Assembly: GCA_004764695.1 (NCBI GenBank)
Contig: SMSO01000033.1
Coordinates: 1,178,001 to 1,242,000, forward strand
Reading direction: 5' to 3'
Length of the DNA stretch: 64,000 bases
Source: Schizochytrium sp. TIO01
Lineage: Eukaryota > Protista > Bigyra: Labyrinthulomycetes
The translations under genes and the position numbers were made by a program. How positions within the stretch are numbered: the first letter of the stretch is position 1; each line of letters begins with the position of its first letter. Shown here piece by piece: positions 56,912 through 64,000 of this stretch. Under the pieces are notes generated by a model. It saw only the letters and a list, made by a program, of their open reading frames with translations, did no database searches and was not told the origin of the DNA.

Positions 56912-59270
56912 GATTGCAACGCACGTGTCCTTCTAATGAAGGTATCTATCGGCGTCTTAACTCTTTGAACTTGTCTTTTGATCACCAAGTTTAGGATTTG
57001 CTGAGCGACGTCCTGGCATTGCCACGATCACGTTCTTTGATTATAACTTTGAATGGTCTATTTATCCATTTCCCTATTTACTGCTACTTTTCTTTATCGC
57101 GCTTCCACCTTTAGAGTGATCTGCAGTTGTTTCGGAGGATAGCATTTCTCTATAAATACAAAATGAGTGCTGCCTAGTTAGGAGGTGCGGCACGTGAATG
57201 GTGTTCAAGACACATTCCTACCTGCCACCTTTTGATCTGATGAACGGATGCATCGTGTTTTGGGAGCACACAGAACTACTTACAAGTAGGACTAGGTAGG
57301 TACTATTCGAAAAGTCATGAACTTCGAAGTTGTGTGATAGACGCCGCCAAGTGCCCAGTATGGCATGGCACTTGCAACAGAAAGACCTGGTTGGTAGCAA
57401 GGTTGCGCTGAGAGAACCACCTTCGTTTGTTTCTGATCAAGGGCTCCAGAGTTCTCTCCCTTACATGCATGAGGCGGGCCCGAACTTTAGCGAGGAGACC
57501 ATATTTTACGTGCCAGGTATCGAACGTCTTTTCTTATGTCTTCCTCTTTCAAACCCTAGTGGTAGGAACAGTCTTACAAAAGTCCAGAAAAGGGCCACGG
57601 GTCTTCAAATTATCAAGAAGTACTATTTAAAATTAAAAAGTTTGATATCTTCCCAAACTTTTCAGCAGCAACTTGAAATTATAAATCATCATGATAATCT
57701 TTGGCATGATACGGCTCAATCGTACAGAAGAGCTAAACTGCAGGCGCTGCCTGGTCCAGGCTTTCACGTTAGTACGCCTACTTGACGGTGTTTGTTGGCA
57801 TGACGAAGTACAAAATACAGTTGCACACCATCACTCTATTACTGCTACGATAAGTAAGTCTAGCTACCTTTTATTTAGGAGTGCCTTCTTGCTTACTTGC
57901 TAGCTTATCACCCAAGAAGCAGGTACTAGTACCCGTTATTAGTGAGTACTATCAAATCTACTTTGTCAGTGATATGTGGAAAACACATTTTTCAGGCGCA
58001 GTGCAATCTACGTACTAATACACACTCATATTTATCAACATGCGATGCCAGAGAAATAATTATTTAACTTCTCACAAGCTAAAATCCAACTTTAATATGG
58101 CGCCGTCGACTGAAATGAGGAGGCTGCATCGAGACTCAGCCGAAGGAAAATTGCCAGAACATGGCATGTGCCGCTACATACAGGAAACTTTGGTATCTAG
58201 GTACAACTGAAACCGTGGCATGATGGACTTCACGCAGGAGATTCGGTACAAGCTGCTAGGGTCTGTATAAAAGATGTACGTCTGCTGCCGAAAATGATAT
58301 ACCCACTCAGTACGACCTGATGTGCTCCCAGCTATTCTGATCCTTGCTCAACTCAGTCTTTTCGGATCTTCAAATATACCCACTGAATCCTCCCGTGCTA
58401 TTAAAGATTTATTTTTTAAGACTTTGTGGTACGATTTCCATGGATCCTTACATCTTAGCAGGAAGCGACCATTTAACAACCCAAGTCGGGAGAGAACCTG
58501 CTCCGTGTCTTCGGTGCTAAGGCGGTAGATATTGATACTAGAATAGCGAGCTCAACAGACTTGGACGCCACTTATTCTAGCATAGGCACGTTGGCTTCAG
58601 ATGCCGACTACAACGATGAACTGTCTCTAGAGGTAGTAGTGAGATGTCTCGCCGATCTTCAGTTCATACAGGTTGCAACGACAGAGTAAACAGTGCTCGT
58701 GAAAGAAGATTTGGGCGTGTGTATGTGTGCAAAAGAACTATCTTCATGTATGATCTTAGTAGCTCCCTAAGAAGGGTCCTAACGGTACTTCCCTTGAGCT
58801 TACGAACGAATCTTGCCTCGCAATGATGGTGCCGTGCCTCCTATGTGGAGGAGACCGTCATAAGGTTGTTGTGAACCTTCATGGTTTGTCAGGGATAGCG
58901 TTGAGCTCTGGAGTTTAATAGAAATACTTTCTTCAAGCTGTCTAATAATAGTCAACACTAGGTTAGTCTCAAAAGGGTTAAGATGCTAGATGAACATTTT
59001 TTTTCTCGTCTCAAATCATTAACAATGAAAAGCGTTTTTTGCAACTTAGAAAGGAAACAACAAAGAACATAATGATAGATAATCCTATGGACTAGTTTCA
59101 TGCTTGCATTCAAGGAGGACATGGTATTGAAAGGAGGAAATTAAAAGCAGAAGGCGCTGAAGAAGGGGGGGTGAAAGATTCACGCCACTTGCTCTGCCAA
59201 GCTGAAATTAAGCACCAACTTGAACAAAGGCTGCGCACTACATGTGAACACTGAACAGAATATTGTAGGG

Positions 59271-60656
59271 TTAGAACCATTCGCCGTAGCTAGTATGATC
59301 CCCAATGCCTCCATCAATAGCCCAGGAGAAGCTCGGCGCATCTCGACCCTCTGTGTATCCGCAGTTGTTGCATTTCATCGTGCCGAAATGCTTGTAACCC
59401 ATCCAACCGTAAGGGATCGACGGAACAGGGTCTTTCTCGTACACAAGACGAAGTTGCTCAAATTGCCCGTGAACTTCGTCGGAGAGACTGTCCGAGAGAG
59501 TTCGCGGCGAACCGAAATTGACGTATACCATCTTGCTTGCGGTCCAAAGAGAGTCCTTGTACATGACGTAAGCAAGGGCATTCAGAATGCCAGCACCACG
59601 AGAGTAACCAGCCAAAACAAGGCGGTCGTTGGAACCGCAGGTGGACTGGATGCGGCTGTAGATGGTTAAACGCATTGCATTGTAAGCCTTAACAAAGCCA
59701 TCGTACCCCTCCTCGTACTCCTGATACGTGCTGCATGAATAGTATTTTGAGCACCACCACCACGTGTATGTTTCACAACCACATGCCTCGGCCTGGTATG
59801 TGTACTTCTTGATGCTCATAATGTTGTCTGAGCCAGTATCAAGGTTGGCTGCCCAATCCGCAACTGTATTTTGTTTAAAAGAAATGCTCATATGTCAAAG
59901 TTAGGTACCACAAAGTGCATTGTGCATGGATGCACATATTTCCCTCTATGTATATGAGGTTTCCTCTCTACACTTACCATCTCCACTCTCCTCTGCAATA
60001 ACCCAGCAAATGTAGCCTGAAGTTCCGCCAGACGTGCCATAGATGTTGTCTGCCTTACGATAGACGGTCGCACGGTCACTTTCATAAGTGATCTCGTTAG
60101 GGTAGGTCGTGGTCTCAATCTCACTCCACGCTTTTGTTGCCAATGTCGTCTGGCTTGAGCTCAAGGCTAGCTCTCGGTACTGGTCTCGACGGAAAGATGC
60201 TATAGATCCAGACGTCTCGCGCAGTTCACGGGTCTGGCCTTGCTCGTTGTCACGCAGCGTCTTTAAAGCCTCCATAATCTCAGAAGTCATGAATTGATCA
60301 TCCCAAGAGTCAGGGTCTGCTTCATATGTATCAAGAAGCTCGATAATTTGAGCAGCAGTCAGGTTGCTTGTAAAAGCAAGGTTACTTTCGTCTTGGTAAG
60401 AGTACTGCAACGTTGCCTGGGCCTGCGCCATAGCATTAACTTCTGCTGTGGTGCTGGTGCTGCTGCTTCCAGATGACTGATTATTCGCTGATTTCCGGCC
60501 AGCTACAAAGCCAATGCCGCTGACAAGGCCTACAACAGCAATAAACGCGAAAGCACGGAGTGCTGTCTTACGCCAAGAAGACTTGGGCTCATTTTGAGTC
60601 CCTGTAGATTCAGTCATATCTCCTTGAAAGGATGGATTCTTCACAGTCACTGACAT
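59271..60656 (-). CDS. Class-3 lipase paralog 3, intact; exons 60656-59978 and 59863-59271 (423 aa)
   Basis: The spliced length of 1272 nt is open. TM segment AFAFIAVVGLVSGIGFVAG. GYSRG, FGSPR, DPVP and GDHTSY supply the Ser-Asp-His triad. Confidence 0.92.
59864..59977 (-). other. 114-nt phase-1 spliceosomal intron of lipase 3
   Basis: GAT G|GTAAGT ... CCTAAC ... ATACAG|TT GCG GAT TGG gives ESGDVADWAAN. Confidence 0.92.
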
Positions 60657-63600
60657 GATGCAGTTCGATGCGCCGAGTCTCAATGGATTAAATTACCTGT
60701 TCCTGAAGGGGTTTGGGTTTTGCTTCAAGATCAATTTGCATTTTTGGTTCATAGCTTTAAATACCCATAAAAGATAGAACAGATACTGATCGCATCACAT
60801 CACAACGCTATTTCTTTAAATTATTTCTTGGGTGCATTTATGCTTTTGACTTAACAACATGCTCTTGCTTCAAAATAAAATAAAAGATGAAAGACAGCGA
60901 TGCACATAGCGTCCATGTGCTACATAAGCTCAAATGCCTAATAAATGCCCCACGGTTCATTCTGAGTTTCTGAATACACGAAACTACACTCTGAACAACT
61001 ATCATAATTAGTACATTAGAAAGAAGGGAAATGGGTACTAATAATATCCGATTTATATTGTAACTTTTAACGGTTGATGGAAATGGAACCAAGCCAAAGC
61101 AACTCAACTTGAACAGATAACACATCTAGAAAGATGCCACTCGAGGTGAAGTACTAAAACTAGAATTCATTTTCAGTATTCCAAGGGCCTAGTGTTGCCT
61201 AGTACAAGACTCCAAAGAAATATTGATTACTACTATTCAAAGTTTATTTTCTGCAAAGATATTTGTAGTGCCACTTCATTTTTTTAAAAGGTTTATTTTT
61301 TAAAAGTGAAGCTCTCGAAGAAAGACTTAAAAAATCTAAAACAAATAAACCAAGTATATCGCACAATTCTGACAATCCGCATACTTTTTCAATTTGAATT
61401 ATACAGAGGACGCGCTTTTGCTAGTTTGATTGCCAGAGAACATGTCCATAGTGGCATATAAAGCAAAGGGGAATTTAGGAAATGGACCGCAAACAAAATT
61501 GTGACAATAATGGTGGCCTGCGTGGTGTTGTTCAAACTCTGGCTGCAACAACAAGAACTTTATTTGCTCGTTCTTCGCGCAGAAACAATCCCGTGAGTGC
61601 CAATCCACTTGAGCTGGCATGAATCGCTCAACTCCGAATCCGATGCAGCCTCTTCATAACGACAGTGGAAAACACTCAAGGTGCGCTATAAGGAAGACGA
61701 GGTTGGTAGTTTGCCTATCTTATCTTGTTAGGTCTTTTTTTATATTCATTATTATATTTTCTTCTTCTAAAAATATCACTAACTTATGTGATAATAACCT
61801 GATTAATAACGAGGGAAAACTTGATGAGGCCATACCCACTTTTAGACAACCCAAAACAACTTAAAACATAAAGCACAGTCTCAAGACTAACAAACAACAA
61901 CTTCACGATAAAGTTGAGGTGCTTTTTACATCCTCTGTAGAGAAAGAACAAATTTCAAAATAGAAAGAGCATTCAGAAGGCCCCAAACTTGGTGTGCGGG
62001 AGACGCGGAGAAGACTTTTTGTTGGCAGGGAGCAATTGCACTTTCCTCTACTAGAGCATTGATTTTCATTTTCCTTTTCAATTTTATTGCCTCCATCTTC
62101 TGGTAGTAAGTTAGCTAGGTACCTCCCTAGCGATACTACTATTTTGAAATTATATGGGCATACACCTATAGCAACAATTAAAGTTTGAAGAAACCAAGAC
62201 TCAAATACAGTATGATGTCTCATTGTTTCTCTCACCTTCTTAGCTGCGCTTTCAAAAAGTTATGTAGTATTCAATAGCAAGCAGCGTACTAGAGAGGACA
62301 TGTTTTATCTCACTTTCAGCTGCAGTCTGACAGTGCGGAATTCTCCGCAGTGTGCACCATGCCATCGTGCCATTGATTAAAAATCACACATTACAGATGT
62401 TATTATTCAATGCCAGTGTTGTATGTTAAGATATGATAGGAAAGCAAAAACGTGCTGGAGCGATAGCAGGCCAACCGATTCTCATTAAAGCATGGCTTGC
62501 TCAACAGAAGTTGGACGAATCCTAGAGACGGGTCAATTCCGCGAATGCGGACCCAGCGGGAAGTACAACTTTACATTCATAATAATCAATGAGCTTGTAG
62601 AGTTAAAGAAACCTAAAAATAGATCATCGCACAGGCTGCAAAGTTTACTGTAAACTAGAGTTGCTGAGGATGCCTGATTTGCGAAAGATTCTAGCTAGAA
62701 GGTCATTGCAACCTTTTAGATCTAAACTCATTTTAAACAATCGCATAGTACACGCCCCAGGGTTGAGCCACCATATATGAAGAGCTGCATCTTAACTACG
62801 AACTATTTGGTCGAATGAGAGTACGTCCCTCCAAACAAAGGATACTACCATTTTCAACTCGGATTGCATTTCAGACCGCTGAAGGTTGCATTCTGATCTT
62901 GCACCTGGCAATTTTTGCATTAATGTATTGTCAAGTTGTCATGTAATCGTATTTCGTACAGGGTAGAAAGATTACATATCATCTAACTTCGGAAAATCCA
63001 AAACGTGTTTTCATTTTGGGATAATCAAATATGGCCATGTATCTCCATACCAAATGATCTAAATCTGTAGAAAGAGAGTTTACCTACCCCAGAGAAAGTC
63101 CGGATGCCTATGTTTGTGGTGTTTATGCTTCATATAATTCTCGTTGCCAAAATTCGTTCACCTGGAGTCAGGTTTCATGGTATGGCCTTTAATTCAATAA
63201 CTATCATGAAACTTTAATGATGTGTAACTCATTTCACTGGCAACCAAGCTAGCAGTTTAAGCCTTTTGCGATATACTTCACCGTTATCTGCTAAAATGCA
63301 CTATATTTTCTCCTCGTAAAGTTTGACTGGCCTTGAAATGGGGTTATTTATAGCAAGCTACTTTTAGTCATAGTTGGCAGGTAGAGAAATGATTCAATTT
63401 AAAGCGGCAACTTTCCCCCCAAACAATCATCAGCTGCAAAACTTTAGAGTATTCTACTCGTGATAATCTTGCTATCGTCCAGAAACCTTCCATCTTTTCA
63501 TGCCAGCTTGTTGCAGATATTTCAGTAAAGTAAAATATAACCAATGTTACTCGAGTAGATATGAGAGCATACCCAATTAGTTGTACATAGTATTTGTCCA

Positions 63601-64000
63601 TTATATTTGTATATTACGCTTAGAACGAGGTAACATCTATTGTTCACGGCATCCTCAAATTTAAGATCTCTAACTGCCCCTCCATAAAAAAGAAGCAGCT
63701 ATGATGCAAAAGACTATGACACATTCAAGTTTACAAACTTCACCAAAAATTCTATTTGCACATTTGAAGCTTTATCCATTTGTAGGTTGAAATATTGAAT
63801 TCATTAGAACCTCTACAAATCGAAGAATAACGAATCGAAAATCTTAACCACAACATCCACAGGATTCCTTAGTAAATTCTGAAAGATGAAAGCTTTGAAG
63901 AAGGCATGATTGAGAAGACTTCGTAACTTTGGCTTCCAAAGTCGTGACCTGCTGTCCTTGGGACTCAACCCCAAAGAAGATAAATTTATACCAACCTTAG

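Noticed and set aside
57330-58830. 151-aa and smaller ORFs between lipases 2 and 3
   Set aside because: Mostly non-ATG starts, no motifs and no codon bias; treated as intergenic.
61400-64000. Possible degenerate gene or TE at the right end
   Set aside because: Only short ORFs without recognisable similarity.

Overview
This is a eukaryotic nuclear window, intron-poor, with AT-rich intergenic tracts and microsatellites. Gene content and style suggest a stramenopile protist such as a thraustochytrid/labyrinthulomycete (inference only). The first ~12.5 kb has no convincing gene. After it come: a Gln-rich putative transcription factor with an unnamed C-terminal domain; a ~12.3 kb VPS13-family gene with several C2 domains, split by a +1 frame break and ending in an unusual hydrophobic tail; a Cys-rich membrane protein; a Tudor-less SMN; a C-CAP/TPR co-chaperone-like protein; organellar GatA; PUM3/Puf6; a wybutosine gene fusing TYW3, Kelch, TYW2 and a TYW5-like JmjC domain; and three tandem membrane-anchored class-3 lipase paralogs sharing one phase-1 intron. 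Three genes (VPS13, lipase 1, lipase 2) are each broken by a +1 shift that deleting one G from a G-run would repair. Assembly error is the default explanation. All family assignments come from motif recognition by eye; no database search was run.
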